Shown here piece after piece: positions 9,972 to 19,932 of a stretch of 64,000 nt of DNA (its first letter is position 1; each line of letters starts with the position of its first letter). The notes under the pieces are model-generated. The model saw only the letters and a list, made by a program, of their open reading frames with translations. It was not told the origin of the DNA and did not search any database. The stretch covers positions 1 through 64,000 of the forward strand of contig JBKPAK010000008.1 in the NCBI GenBank assembly GCA_046726415.1, read 5' to 3'. Origin of the DNA: Candidatus Methylomirabilota bacterium (GTDB lineage Bacteria > Methylomirabilota > Methylomirabilia > Rokubacteriales > CSP1-6). The translations under genes were made by a program, and so were the position numbers.

Positions 9972-12697
9972 TGGCCGAAACGCCGGCCGCGGGTGCGTCA
10001 GCTCCGATGCTCCGCCTGACCATCGACGGCCGCGCGGTCGACGTGTGGTCAGGCGCCACGGTCCTGGACGGGGTCAAGCGCCTGGGGCTATCGCTGCCGC
10101 ACCTCTGCAAAGATGCCGACCGGCCGCCGCTCGGGGCCTGTCGAACCTGCCTGGTGCACGTGGAGGGGATGCGCGGCGTGCCGGCCGCCTGCCACCTGCC
10201 CGCGCGAGACGGGATGGTCGTCGACACGCAGCACCCCGACGCGGTCCGTGTCCGCCAGGGCGTGCTCGACCTCACGCTGTCCATGCTGACGCCGGCTGAG
10301 GAGCGCAACGGCTTTGGTCAGCTCAGCACCGACGTGGTCAGGCACGGCACGCTTGAGCCCACCTATGAACCCTTGCATCACCACCCCGTCGACGCCAGCA
10401 AGTCGTTCTTCGTCCTCGACCGCGAGGCGTGCATCCTGTGCGGCCGCTGTGCGGTGGCCTGCGACGACGTGCAGCACATCGGCGCCATCGCCCTGCTGGG
10501 GCGCGGTCACGCCACGAAAGTGGGCGTGGCCGGAGACGGCCTCATGGCCTCCTCGGTCTGCACATCGTGCGGCCAATGCGTGGCGACGTGCCCGACCGGC
10601 GCCCTCCGCCCGAAGGAGCGACCGGCCAAGATCGCGCGCACCGTCGAGACGACCTGCCCCTACTGCGGCGTGGGCTGCGGGATCGACCTGGCCGTGCGCG
10701 AGGACGAGCGGCTGGCCGTCATGGCTGACGACGTGCCGGCCAATCGCTCCAGCGAAGGCATGCTGTGCGTGAAGGGGCGCTTCGGCACCGGTTTCGTGCA
10801 CGCGCGCGACCGCATTACCGCTCCCATGGTCCGGCGCGACGGGCGCTGGCAGGAGGTTGCGTGGGATCACGCCCTGGACGCCGCGGCGGAGGGGCTCGCG
10901 CGCCATCGCGGCTCCTTCGGAGCGCTGGCTTCCGCCAAGGCCACTAACGAAGACGCCTACGTCATCCAGAAGTTCGTGCGCGCGGTGATGGGCACCAACA
11001 ACGTCGACCACTGCACGCGCCTCTGCCATTCGCCCTCGGTGGAAGCCATGCTGGTATCGATGGGCTCGGGCGCGACGTCCAATTCCTACGTGGACTACGA
11101 GGAAGCGGGCTGCCTGCTGATTGTGGGAGCCGACGCCTCCGCCAACCATCCGGTCATCGCGATCCGCTTCCGCCGCGCTCTGCACCGCGGTGCGCGCATC
11201 GTGGTCGTGAATCCCAAGCGCATCGAGCTGTGCGACCAAGCCGATCTTTGGATCCAGAACCGGCCGGGCACCGATGTGATGCTCTTCAACGCCATGGCCC
11301 GCGTGATCCTGGACGAGGGTCTCGCCGATCTGGACTTCATCGCCCGCCGCACCGAGGGCTTCGAGGCGTGGCGGGCGTCGGTGGGGGAAGCGACCCTCGA
11401 GCATGCCGCCGCGGTGACCGGAGTTCCCGCAGAAGACATCGCCCAGGCCGCGCGCTGGTATGCTCGACCGCCCTTCGCGGGCTCGTGTCTCGTCTGGGGT
11501 ATGGGCATCACCCAACACACCAACGGCATCCACAACGCCCACTCACTGCTCAATCTCTCCCTGGTGGCCGGGCAGCTCGGATTTCCCGGCTCGGGGATCT
11601 CACCGCTGCGCGGCCAGAACAACGTCCAGGGGTGTGGCGACGCCGGCTGCATCCCCACGAATCTCCCCGGCTATCAGAACTACGCGCCGGCGACGCTCGC
11701 GCGGTTTGAGGAGCGATGGGGCATTCGCCCGCCGGGGGCGCCGGGCCTCGTCGTGACCGAAATGGTCGAGGGATGCCTGACGGGCGACGTCCGGGCCATG
11801 TACGTGGTGGGCGAAAACCCCCTGCTCTCCGAGCCCGATCTCCATCACGCCGAAAAAGCCATCGGCCAGCTCGACTTCCTGGTGGTGCAGGACCTGTTTC
11901 TCCACGAGACCGCCGAGCACGCACACGTGTTCCTGCCCGCGGCCGCGTTCGCCGAGAAGGAAGGGACGTTCACCAATTCCGAGCGGCGCGTGCAGCGCGT
12001 GCGCAAAGCCATCGAGCCGATCGGCCTGGCCCGTCCGGACTGGTGGATCACCGCGGAGTTGGCCAAGCGCGCGGCGGCGAAGCTCGGCCTCGACGTGAAA
12101 GGCCAGTTCGAGTACACCGGCGCCGCCCAGATCTTCGACGAGATGGCGAGCGTCACGCCGTTCCTGGCCGGCATGTCCCACCACCGCCTGGACCGCGAGG
12201 GCGGCCTCCAGTGGCCCTGCCCCAGCGCGGACCACCCCGGGACGCGTTTCCTGTACGCGGAGTCGTTCCCGCTCGGCCGGGCGCGGTTCGTCCCGGCCCT
12301 CCAGACACGCGAAGCGGCCGAACTGCCCGATCCCGACTATCCCTTCGTGCTCAACACCGGGCGACTCCTCTACCACTGGCACGGCGGGACGATCACCCGG
12401 CGAGTGGAGGGTTTGCTGGAGCTGGCGCCGCGCCTGGAGGTCGCCGTACATCCGAGCGACGCCCGCCGCCTCGGCATCGACACCGGCTCGCTCATTCGCC
12501 TGACGTCGCGCCGCGGAGAGCTGACCGGCTACGCCCGCGTCACCGAGGCGGTTCGCGCCGGTGCGGTGTTCGTGCCCTTCGTCAAGCTGGCCGATTCCGC
12601 CGCGAACTTCCTGACGAACTCCGCCTTCGATCCGTCGTCCAAGATCCCGGAGTACAAGGTCTGCGCGGTCCGGATCGAGCGCGTGGAGGCGCCGTAA
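9971..12697 (+). CDS. fdhF: Formate dehydrogenase alpha subunit (Mo/W-bis-PGD, Cys ligand)
   Basis: TGATG coupling to upstream gene; CRTCLV, two CxxCxx[36 protein letters not shown]. Confidence 0.95.
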   Translation: MAETPAAGASAPMLRLTIDGRAVDVWSGATVLDGVKRLGLSLPHLCKDADRPPLGACRTCLVHVEGMRGVPAACHLPARDGMVVDTQHPDAVRVRQGVLDLTLSMLTPAEERNGFGQLSTDVVRHGTLEPTYEPLHHHPVDASKSFFVLDREACILCGRCAVACDDVQHIGAIALLGRGHATKVGVAGDGLMASSVCTSCGQCVATCPTGALRPKERPAKIARTVETTCPYCGVGCGIDLAVREDERLAVMADDVPANRSSEGMLCVKGRFGTGFVHARDRITAPMVRRDGRWQEVAWDHALDAAAEGLARHRGSFGALASAKATNEDAYVIQKFVRAVMGTNNVDHCTRLCHSPSVEAMLVSMGSGATSNSYVDYEEAGCLLIVGADASANHPVIAIRFRRALHRGARIVVVNPKRIELCDQADLWIQNRPGTDVMLFNAMARVILDEGLADLDFIARRTEGFEAWRASVGEATLEHAAAVTGVPAEDIAQAARWYARPPFAGSCLVWGMGITQHTNGIHNAHSLLNLSLVAGQLGFPGSGISPLRGQNNVQGCGDAGCIPTNLPGYQNYAPATLARFEERWGIRPPGAPGLVVTEMVEGCLTGDVRAMYVVGENPLLSEPDLHHAEKAIGQLDFLVVQDLFLHETAEHAHVFLPAAAFAEKEGTFTNSERRVQRVRKAIEPIGLARPDWWITAELAKRAAAKLGLDVKGQFEYTGAAQIFDEMASVTPFLAGMSHHRLDREGGLQWPCPSADHPGTRFLYAESFPLGRARFVPALQTREAAELPDPDYPFVLNTGRLLYHWHGGTITRRVEGLLELAPRLEVAVHPSDARRLGIDTGSLIRLTSRRGELTGYARVTEAVRAGAVFVPFVKLADSAANFLTNSAFDPSSKIPEYKVCAVRIERVEAP

Positions 12698-12836
12698 GTC
12701 TCGGCTGCGCTTCTCGGCAGCGGCGGCGATCCCGATGTGTCCGGGCGCCGTGCCCAACGAACAGGCTATACTGCTGCCGATCTTGCACACCACGCCGACT
12801 CGCTCGGCTCCGACCATCCGCGCGAGGAGATCCCGC

Positions 12837-14507
12837 ATGGGGAAGAGTGACATTCAGATCGCCCAGGAGGCCAAGCTCCAGCCGATCCAGGCGATCGGTG
12901 AGACGCTCGGTCTGAGGGAATCAGACCTCGAGGTCTACGGGCGCTTCAAGGCGAAGCTGACCACTGAGGCGATCGAGCGGCTGCGCGAGCGGCCCGACGG
13001 CGTGCTGGTGCTCGTCACCGCGATGACCCCCACGCCCGCCGGCGAAGGGAAGTCGACCACCACGGTCGGGCTGGGTGACGCTTTCCGGAGAATCGGCAAA
13101 CGGTCGATGGTGGCGATTCGCGAGCCGTCGCTGGGGCCGTGCTTTGGCATCAAGGGCGGAGCGGCCGGCGGCGGATACGCCCAGGTCATGCCGATGGAGG
13201 ACATCAACCTCCATTTCACCGGGGACTTCCACGCGGTGACCTCCGCCCACAATCTCTTGGGCGCCGTGCTCGACAACCACATCTTTCAGGGCAATGCCCT
13301 CGGCTTCGACGTCCGGCGGGTGGCCTGGAAGCGCGTGCTCGACATGAACGAGCGCGCCCTGCGCAACGTCGTGCTGGGCCTCGGCGGATCCGCGCACGGC
13401 GTGCCCCGGGAATCGGGCTTCGAGATCACCGCGGCCTCCGAGATCATGGCCGCGCTCTGCCTGGCCTCCGATCTCGCCGATCTGAAGGCGCGTGTGGCGC
13501 GGATGATCGTGGGCGAGCGCCCCGACGGGAGCTTCATCGCCGCGGGTGAACTGAAGGTGGCAGGGGCGCTGACCGTGCTCCTCCGGGATGCGCTCAGGCC
13601 CAACCTGGTGCAGACCCTGGAGGGCACGCCGGCCTTCGTGCACGGCGGCCCGTTTGGCAACATCGCCCACGGCTGCAACAGCCTGATCGCCACGCGGGCG
13701 GCCCTCAAGCTCGCCGAGGTTGTGGTGACCGAGGCCGGCTTCGCCACCGAGCTGGGCGCCGAGAAGTTCTTCGACATCAAGTGCCGGGCGGGAGGGCTGA
13801 CGCCATCGGCCGCGGTGATCGTGGCCACCGTGCGCGCACTCAAGATGCATGGCGGCGTGGCGCGGGATCGCCTGGCCACCGAGAACGTGGAGGCCGTTGG
13901 CGCGGGCCTGGCCAATCTGGAGAAGCACGTGGAGAACGTGCGGCACTTCGGCGTCCCGCCGGTGGTCGCCCTCAACCACTTCACGACAGACAGTGGCGCG
14001 GAGGTGGCCGCAGTCATGGAAGCCTGCGCGCGCTTCGGCGTGCCCGCACGGCTCTCGCGCGTGTGGGAGCGGGGCGGGGACGGCGGCACGGATCTGGCCC
14101 AGGCGGTGCTGGCCGCGATGGGCACCGGTTCGGAATTCCACCCGCTCTATCCGGCCGCCATGCCACTGACTCAGAAGATCCACGCCATCGCCAGAGCGCT
14201 CTACGGAGCTGCCGGCGTGACCCTGCTCACGGCCGCGGCCACCAAGCTGGCGAAGTACGAAACCATGGACCACGGCCATCTGCCCGTGTGCATGGCGAAG
14301 ACCCAGAATTCGCTGTCGGACGATCCCCAGAAGCTGGGTCGGCCCCGCGACTTTACCGTGACCATCCGCGACGCCAAGCTCGCGGCGGGGGCCGGGTTCG
14401 TGGTGGCGTATGCCGGCGACATCCTGACGATGCCCGGCCTTCCCAAGAAGCCGGCGGCGGAGTCGATCGACATCGACAAAGACGGGAACGTCGTCGGGCT
14501 GTTCTGA
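12837..14507 (+). CDS. fhs: Formate--tetrahydrofolate ligase
   Basis: [52 protein letters not shown]. Confidence 0.97.
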   Translation: MGKSDIQIAQEAKLQPIQAIGETLGLRESDLEVYGRFKAKLTTEAIERLRERPDGVLVLVTAMTPTPAGEGKSTTTVGLGDAFRRIGKRSMVAIREPSLGPCFGIKGGAAGGGYAQVMPMEDINLHFTGDFHAVTSAHNLLGAVLDNHIFQGNALGFDVRRVAWKRVLDMNERALRNVVLGLGGSAHGVPRESGFEITAASEIMAALCLASDLADLKARVARMIVGERPDGSFIAAGELKVAGALTVLLRDALRPNLVQTLEGTPAFVHGGPFGNIAHGCNSLIATRAALKLAEVVVTEAGFATELGAEKFFDIKCRAGGLTPSAAVIVATVRALKMHGGVARDRLATENVEAVGAGLANLEKHVENVRHFGVPPVVALNHFTTDSGAEVAAVMEACARFGVPARLSRVWERGGDGGTDLAQAVLAAMGTGSEFHPLYPAAMPLTQKIHAIARALYGAAGVTLLTAAATKLAKYETMDHGHLPVCMAKTQNSLSDDPQKLGRPRDFTVTIRDAKLAAGAGFVVAYAGDILTMPGLPKKPAAESIDIDKDGNVVGLF

Positions 14508-14511
14508 GCCG

Positions 14512-15435
14512 CTGAGCACACCCTCGCCTTCCGCGCCGACCCGGCTCGAGTGCGTGCCCAACGTCAGCGAGGGTCGCGACCCTCGCGTGATCCGCGCCCT
14601 GACTCAGGCCGTCCGTTCCGGAGGCGCCGATCTGATCGACGTGCATAGCGATGTCGATCATCATCGGTCCGTCTTCACGTTCCTGGGTTCGGCTCCGGCC
14701 GTGGAGAGATCGGCCCTCGCACTAGCCGTCGTGGCCATCGACCTGATCGACCTCCGGCGACATGACGGCGTCCATCCCCGCGTGGGCGCGGTCGACGTCA
14801 TTCCCTTCGTACCCCTCCGCGGTTCATCCATGGACGATGCCGTCGCCGCCGCGCGCCGACTAGGAGCCGCCCTGGCCGCGGCGTGCCAGCTGCCCGTCTT
14901 TTTCTACGGTGAAGCGGCGCGGAGTCCGGCCCGCCGCGAGCTGCCGGAGCTGCGCCGCGGGGGCTTCGAGCAACTCGCCCACCGCCTCAGCGGTCCTGAC
15001 GGGAGGCCGGACGCCGGTCCGCCGGCGCCACATCCCACCGCCGGCGCTTGTGTCGTGGGTGCTCGCCGTCCCCTCATCGCGTTCAACGCGGTTCTCGACG
15101 GCGACGACGTCGACGTGGCTCGGGCTATCGCACGCGCCATTCGCGCGTCGTCAGGAGGTCTGGAGGGCGTGCAGGCCATGGGGGTGAGGCTACCCAGCCG
15201 CGGGCTCGTGCAGGTGTCGCTGAATCTCATCGACAACCGGCGCACGTCACTTCTCACGGTTGCCCAGACGATCGCGGCCGAGGCGGCCCGCCGGGGCACA
15301 GCGGTGCGAGAGTACGAGCTGGTGGGATGCGCGCCGGCCGATGCCGTGGCCGACTGGCCCGCCCCGCTCGCCCCCATCGTGGGACTCGAGCCGGCGCAGC
15401 TGCTCGATCCCGCGCTGTTCGCCGCCGAGTGCTGA
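14512..15435 (+). CDS. ftcD: Glutamate formimino/formyltransferase (stand-alone FT domain)
   Basis: LECVPNVSEGRD, DVDHHRSVFT, HDGVHPRVGAVDVIPFVP, GARRPLIAFN; start uncertain (CTG 14512 or GTG 14554). Confidence 0.92.
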   Translation: MSTPSPSAPTRLECVPNVSEGRDPRVIRALTQAVRSGGADLIDVHSDVDHHRSVFTFLGSAPAVERSALALAVVAIDLIDLRRHDGVHPRVGAVDVIPFVPLRGSSMDDAVAAARRLGAALAAACQLPVFFYGEAARSPARRELPELRRGGFEQLAHRLSGPDGRPDAGPPAPHPTAGACVVGARRPLIAFNAVLDGDDVDVARAIARAIRASSGGLEGVQAMGVRLPSRGLVQVSLNLIDNRRTSLLTVAQTIAAEAARRGTAVREYELVGCAPADAVADWPAPLAPIVGLEPAQLLDPALFAAEC

Positions 15436-15505
15436 TCGGTACGACCGGCGATCTGCGGAACACTTGTCAGCACGTCCGGCAATGCGCGGAGGCGCCCTCG
15501 CTCGG

Positions 15506-16489
15506 TCAGCTCTCGCGACGTTCCCTCGCCACCGCGCCACCGCGCCCGAGCGCCCGTGGTCGGGTGCGGCGAGCTGACGGCCGGCGCCGGGCGTGCGGCG
15601 CGGGAACCTCGCGGACGGCGGCCCGGAATACCTGAAGCAACGCCCGGGCCTCGACCTTGAGGGGACGTTGCCGCGGATGGATGACGTCGAGGCTGCGCCG
15701 GAGGGGCTCGGCGTCCACGATATCGAGGGCCAGGAGCTTGCCATCCTGGATCTCGCGCGCCACGGCCAAGTGGGGAAGGAGGGTCAGGCCAAGACCTCGT
15801 TCCACCATGCGCTTGGCCGTCTCGATCGTCTCGACCTCCATCACCACATTGGGCACGAGTCCCGCCGCGCGGAAGAGTCCGTGGGTCAGCGTCCAGTCGC
15901 TCGAACCGCGATCGAAGAAGATGAGCGGCTGATCAGCCAGCTCCTGAAGCCGTAGGCCCCGGGTGCGTCGCGGCCAGGCCGCCGGCGCCGCCATGAGGAT
16001 GAGCGGGTCGTCGCGTAGGCTAAGGGTCTCGACCTCGGGATGGTGCAGCGACCGGGCCAGTCCCAGTTCCGCCTCACCGCGGAGGACCATGTCCAAGACT
16101 TCCTTGGAGTGGCCCGATCGCACGGTGATGGTGACGCCCGGGTGGGCGGCTCGAAAGCGCTTGAGCACGTCGGGTAACAGATAGGTGCAGATCGAGAGGG
16201 CGGCGGCAATCTGCACGGCGCCGCCCGCGGCGGGGCGCAGATCGTGCACAGCCTGGCGGGCGAGGGCCACCGCGCGTAGAAGCTGCTCGGCCTGGGGGCG
16301 CAGCGCGCGGCCTGCCGGGGAGAGGCCGAGCTCCGACCCGCGTTCGAAAAGGGACACGCCGAGGGAGTCTTCGAGCGCGCGGATGCGCGCGCTGACCGCC
16401 GGCTGGGTGAGCCGCAGGGCCTCGGCCGCCCGCCGGAATCCGCCGAAGGTACCCACGGCCAGGAAGGCCTCGATCTGCCCGATCTCCAC
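15506..16489 (-). CDS. LysR family transcriptional regulator
   Basis: FRRAAEALRLTQPAVSARIRALE HTH; GGAGGT RBS before GTG 16489. Confidence 0.93.
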   Translation of the reverse strand: MEIGQIEAFLAVGTFGGFRRAAEALRLTQPAVSARIRALEDSLGVSLFERGSELGLSPAGRALRPQAEQLLRAVALARQAVHDLRPAAGGAVQIAAALSICTYLLPDVLKRFRAAHPGVTITVRSGHSKEVLDMVLRGEAELGLARSLHHPEVETLSLRDDPLILMAAPAAWPRRTRGLRLQELADQPLIFFDRGSSDWTLTHGLFRAAGLVPNVVMEVETIETAKRMVERGLGLTLLPHLAVAREIQDGKLLALDIVDAEPLRRSLDVIHPRQRPLKVEARALLQVFRAAVREVPAPHARRRPSARRTRPRALGRGGAVARERRES

Positions 16490-16522
16490 GGCGGCACCTC
16501 CTGATTCTCGCGCTGTATAGGC

Positions 16523-16544
16523 CGATAAAAATAATCTGTTATCG
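16523..16544. promoter_or_regulatory. Putative LysR binding site in AT-rich divergent intergenic region
   Basis: CGATAA-N10-TTATCG inverted repeat. Confidence 0.45.
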
Positions 16545-16629
16545 CCCTGATAGAAACAATGATTTTGATCGAGATCGATCGACGCGGCATGCTGACCCCG
16601 GCGCATCACCACGAGGCCCGGAGGAGACC

Positions 16630-16830
16630 ATGCCCGCTCGGTGTGATTGTGGACGAGACCTGTCGCACACCTTCGAGCTGCTCGGCTGTCTCGCCTGTGG
16701 TGCCGCCCTGCTGCGGCGGTGGCGCCGTATCCCTGGAGTCCGCGCCCTCCTGCCTCGCTGCGCGATCTCGCCGCTCGACGGCCACGCGCCGCGGGGGGCG
16801 GGCGCCTTCACCCTTCACAGGAGGACCACC
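16630..16830 (+). pseudogene. Degenerate first copy of a small Cys-rich Zn-finger-like ORF (compensating frameshifts)
   Basis: GGAGGAG RBS; MPARCDCG..CLACGA, then CCGG..SC in the +1 frame, then RCA back in frame; reads in-frame into the next ORF. Confidence 0.5.
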
Positions 16831-16986
16831 ATGCCCCCCATCTGCACGTGCGGAATGCTCGTGGAACCGCCGACCCGCGCCGCTCGCTGCCCCGACTGCG
16901 GGGCGGCATGCTGTCGAAGCTGCACCATCGAAGTCGACGCCCAGACCTATTGCCGGTGGTGCGCCACCGCCTTCCTCGCGACCTGA
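16831..16986 (+). CDS. Small Cys-rich putative Zn-binding protein (51 aa)
   Basis: AGGAGG RBS; CTC..CPDC..CCRSC..YCRWC. Confidence 0.65.
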   Translation: MPPICTCGMLVEPPTRAARCPDCGAACCRSCTIEVDAQTYCRWCATAFLAT

Positions 16987-16991
16987 GTCGG

Positions 16992-17036
16992 GCGAGCCGC
17001 AGGACGCCGCGGGGCCGGGGCCCCGCCGTCCGCGTA
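16992..17036 (+). repeat. REP-like hairpin repeat, dispersed copy
   Basis: 41/45 identical to 22793-22837. Confidence 0.8.
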
Positions 17037-17050
17037 TGAAAGGAGACGCC

Positions 17051-18025
17051 ATGGAACACACGGGACGCGCCTTTCGCCAGCTGCTGAAGACCGAGCCGTA
17101 CCTGTTCACCGGCGGTGTGTACTCACCGCTCGACGCGCAGATTGCCGAGCGGGTCGGGATGAAGTCGATCTACCTGAGCGGCTATTCGGTGGCCATGGCC
17201 AACGGCTGGCCGGACATGGGATTCCTGACGCAGACCGAGGTGGCGCGGGTCGCCCACATGGTGGCCAGCGCCGTATCGATTCCCGTCATCGCCGACGCCG
17301 ACGACGGCTACGGCAATGCGCTCTCCACCATCCGGACGGTCCAGGAGTTCATCAAGACCGGTGCGGCGGGGATCCACCTCGAGGATCAGGTATTTCCGAA
17401 GCGCTGTGGCCACATCGCCGGCAAGACGGTGGTCAGCCGCGAAACGGCGCTGGGCAAGTACCGCGCCGCCATCGACACGCGCAACCGCCTCGATCCGGAC
17501 TTTGTCATCATCGCGCGCACGGATGCCTACGGCGCGGTGGGAGGCAGCCTGGAGGAGGCCATCTGGCGCGGCCGCGCCTACGCCGAGGCCGGCGTCGATC
17601 TCGTGTGGTGCGAACTGTCGAATGCGTCGCGCGAGCCGGCCGTCGCGTTCGCGCGCGCCATGCGGGAGACCCATCCCGACCTGCCGCTGGCGTTCAACTA
17701 CTCGTCGTCCTTCCGGTGGAACCAGGACCCTCACCCGTTCACCTTCAAGGAGCTGGGTGATCTGGGCTACCGGTTCATCTTCATCACCCTCTACGCGGCC
17801 CACGCCGGCACGTACGCCGTGTGGAACGCCATGGAGGACCTGGTGCGCGACGAGGAGCAGGCGCAGTGGCGGCTGGAGAAGGTGAAAGCCGGCCACCCGA
17901 CGGAGAGCCATCACGTGATGGCCCGCGTGGCTCACTTCCAGGAACTGGAGCGGCGTTACATCCCCGGAAGTGACGACCGCCTCAGGTCGTCGGATGGCTT
18001 CGGGGAGGCGCCCGCCGGCCACTGA
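17051..18025 (+). CDS. aceA: Isocitrate lyase family enzyme, short (haloarchaeal AceA-like) type
   Basis: IADADDGYG, HLEDQ..KRCGH, IIARTDA, LAFNYSSSFRW, LGYRFIFITL. Confidence 0.75.
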   Translation: MEHTGRAFRQLLKTEPYLFTGGVYSPLDAQIAERVGMKSIYLSGYSVAMANGWPDMGFLTQTEVARVAHMVASAVSIPVIADADDGYGNALSTIRTVQEFIKTGAAGIHLEDQVFPKRCGHIAGKTVVSRETALGKYRAAIDTRNRLDPDFVIIARTDAYGAVGGSLEEAIWRGRAYAEAGVDLVWCELSNASREPAVAFARAMRETHPDLPLAFNYSSSFRWNQDPHPFTFKELGDLGYRFIFITLYAAHAGTYAVWNAMEDLVRDEEQAQWRLEKVKAGHPTESHHVMARVAHFQELERRYIPGSDDRLRSSDGFGEAPAGH

Positions 18026-18091
18026 CGATCTGGCCACGCTCCCGTGAGGTGTCAGGCAGGCCGGGGCGTAACGCGGCGGATCGTTCGGGCG

Positions 18092-18334
18092 TCATGCCTG
18101 AACGCCGAAATTGATCGGGGGTCCCCCGAAGTTCGATGGCTCCCGGACGCAGGTACCGTCGGCGCCCATCTGCCAACCCGGGGAGCATGGCGAGGGATTG
18201 ACGACCGGGGGAGGGGCTGGAGGGAAGGGCGCGCACCCCGCCGCCGCGGTGCCCAACCCCGCGAGCAGCGCGATGGCGCCCCATCGGCCGACCTCCCCCG
18301 CCGCCGAGCGCCCCCGGAATCGCCGGTCGATCAC
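18092..18334 (-). CDS. Small Pro-rich putative lipoprotein
   Basis: Hydrophobic stretch plus AAGC lipobox, CSPGWQMGADGTC Cys pair; TACTAT just upstream suggests a leaderless GTG. Confidence 0.4.
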   Translation of the reverse strand: MIDRRFRGRSAAGEVGRWGAIALLAGLGTAAAGCAPFPPAPPPVVNPSPCSPGWQMGADGTCVREPSNFGGPPINFGVQA

Positions 18335-18380
18335 CACGTCATAGTACGGGATGAGGGCTGGGCTATCATCGAACGCGCCC

Positions 18381-18671
18381 ATGGCGAGTTACGAGATCAT
18401 CTCCTGGCGAGGCGTGCCGACGGTGGTCGAGGCGCGCGACGCGCACGAGACGGTTTCTCGATCCCTCAGTGACCGCTTCCAGTCTCTCGTCGACTCCGTG
18501 GCCATGCAGCTGGGGCTCTCGGAATCGGACGAGTATCTGGATGCCTGGTCCCGCAGCGCGCCCGAGGAACGGCCCGGCACGGCCGCGGAGGTCGCGGAGA
18601 GCGTGGTCGCCGAGTTGGAGGATCAGTTCCCCGAGTTCATCGCGCAGGCCTTCCGGAGGAGCGACTCGTGA
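18381..18671 (+). CDS. 'Virulence factor' domain small protein (PF13769-like)
   Basis: YEIISWRGVPTVV..LSDRFQSLVDSVAM..DEYLDAW pattern. Confidence 0.7.
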   Translation: MASYEIISWRGVPTVVEARDAHETVSRSLSDRFQSLVDSVAMQLGLSESDEYLDAWSRSAPEERPGTAAEVAESVVAELEDQFPEFIAQAFRRSDS

Positions 18672-19258
18672 CGAGCTTCCTCGCCAGCTTGCTGGCCGAG
18701 CTGGAGCAATTCGGTCTGGCCAACGACAGAGCCACGACCGAGCGGCAGCGTCGCATGCTCAACATCACCCGCGACACGGGCGAGTTCCTGGCCATGCTGG
18801 TCAGGGCCACCCTGGCCCGCCGGGTGCTCGAGATCGGCACCTCCAATGGATACTCGACCCTGTGGTTGGCCAGCGCCGCCCGGGCGACAGGCGGCTCGGT
18901 CACCACGGTCGAGCGATCCCAGGACAAGGTCGGCCTGGCCTCCGCGAACTTCGCGCGCTCCGGCCTCGCACCCTTCATCTCGCTCCTGCACGACGACGCG
19001 GGTCGAGTGCTGGAGCGCTCGCCCGATGGCGGCGTCGACCTCATCTTCCTCGACTCCGAGCGTCCCGAGTATCCAGGGTGGTGGCCGCATCTCAAGCGCG
19101 TGCTCCGGCCCGGGGGCTTGTTGGTCGCCGACAATGCCACCTCTCACCCGGAGCAGATGGCGCCGTTCGTGGCGCTGGTCAAGGCGGATGCCGACTTCGT
19201 CACGAGTCTCGTTCCCGTCGGGAACGGGGAGTTCCTGGCCGTGAAAGCGATGGGGTGA
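18668..19258 (+). CDS. O-methyltransferase (YrrM/CCoAOMT-like)
   Basis: VLEIGTSNGYSTLW, DLIFLDS, LRPGGLLVADN; GTGA overlap. Confidence 0.9.
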   Translation: MTSFLASLLAELEQFGLANDRATTERQRRMLNITRDTGEFLAMLVRATLARRVLEIGTSNGYSTLWLASAARATGGSVTTVERSQDKVGLASANFARSGLAPFISLLHDDAGRVLERSPDGGVDLIFLDSERPEYPGWWPHLKRVLRPGGLLVADNATSHPEQMAPFVALVKADADFVTSLVPVGNGEFLAVKAMG

Positions 19259-19269
19259 GCGACTGCTGT

Positions 19270-19866
19270 TCACCGCAATCGGCCGCGATGCTGCTGGCCG
19301 AGGGGAATGTCGAGCGCGAAGAGGACGGGGTGGTGGACCAGACTCTCCCACCACGAACCGAGCGCACGCGTTTCGACCAGGCGCAGGCCCCGCGACACGA
19401 ACAGGTCGCGCCACCCCTCCGGAGACCGGAAAGCGAGAGGGACGTTCATGGCCCCGCCGTGCCGGCGCGCGTTGACGCGCCCATCGAGGAGATCCAGCCA
19501 GAAGCGATCGAGCCGGTTGCGCACAACGGATTCCGTCACCACCAGCCGATGACGGGTCACGCGCCAGGCTTCGTCCAGCACGCGTCCGGCGTCGTCACAG
19601 TGGTGCAGCGTGAGCAGGAGGATGGTCGTGTCGAACGCATGGTCGCGAAAGGGCAGGCGGGCGCCATCGTACACGACGTACGGCCCCGGAGCGCGCCGGA
19701 ACGGACCCACGTCGCACGAGCAAGCCCAGCCGCCGCGAAGCCGGATGAGCGCGGGCGCCACGTAGCCTTCGCCGGCGCCAAAATCCAGCAGGCGCGAGCC
19801 AACGGCGAAGGGCGCCACGGCGGCGGCCTGGCCGCGCGCGTACCAGCGGAGAAACCTCTGCAGCAC
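19270..19866 (-). CDS. Class I SAM-dependent methyltransferase
   Basis: LLDFGAGEG, YDGARLPFRDHAFD, LHH. Confidence 0.85.
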   Translation of the reverse strand: MLQRFLRWYARGQAAAVAPFAVGSRLLDFGAGEGYVAPALIRLRGGWACSCDVGPFRRAPGPYVVYDGARLPFRDHAFDTTILLLTLHHCDDAGRVLDEAWRVTRHRLVVTESVVRNRLDRFWLDLLDGRVNARRHGGAMNVPLAFRSPEGWRDLFVSRGLRLVETRALGSWWESLVHHPVLFALDIPLGQQHRGRLR

Positions 19867-19932
19867 GCTCGTCGTCTTCCTCTGGGCTCATCGGAGACGG
19901 CGGGCCGACCGGGGTCAGCTCGCCTCGCCCAC

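Noticed and set aside
11005-11040. Selenocysteine in formate dehydrogenase
   Set aside because: The active-site codon is TGC (RLCH), not TGA
18381-18671. Evidence of pathogenicity from the 'virulence factor' domain
   Set aside because: The domain name is historical; the family is common in environmental bacteria
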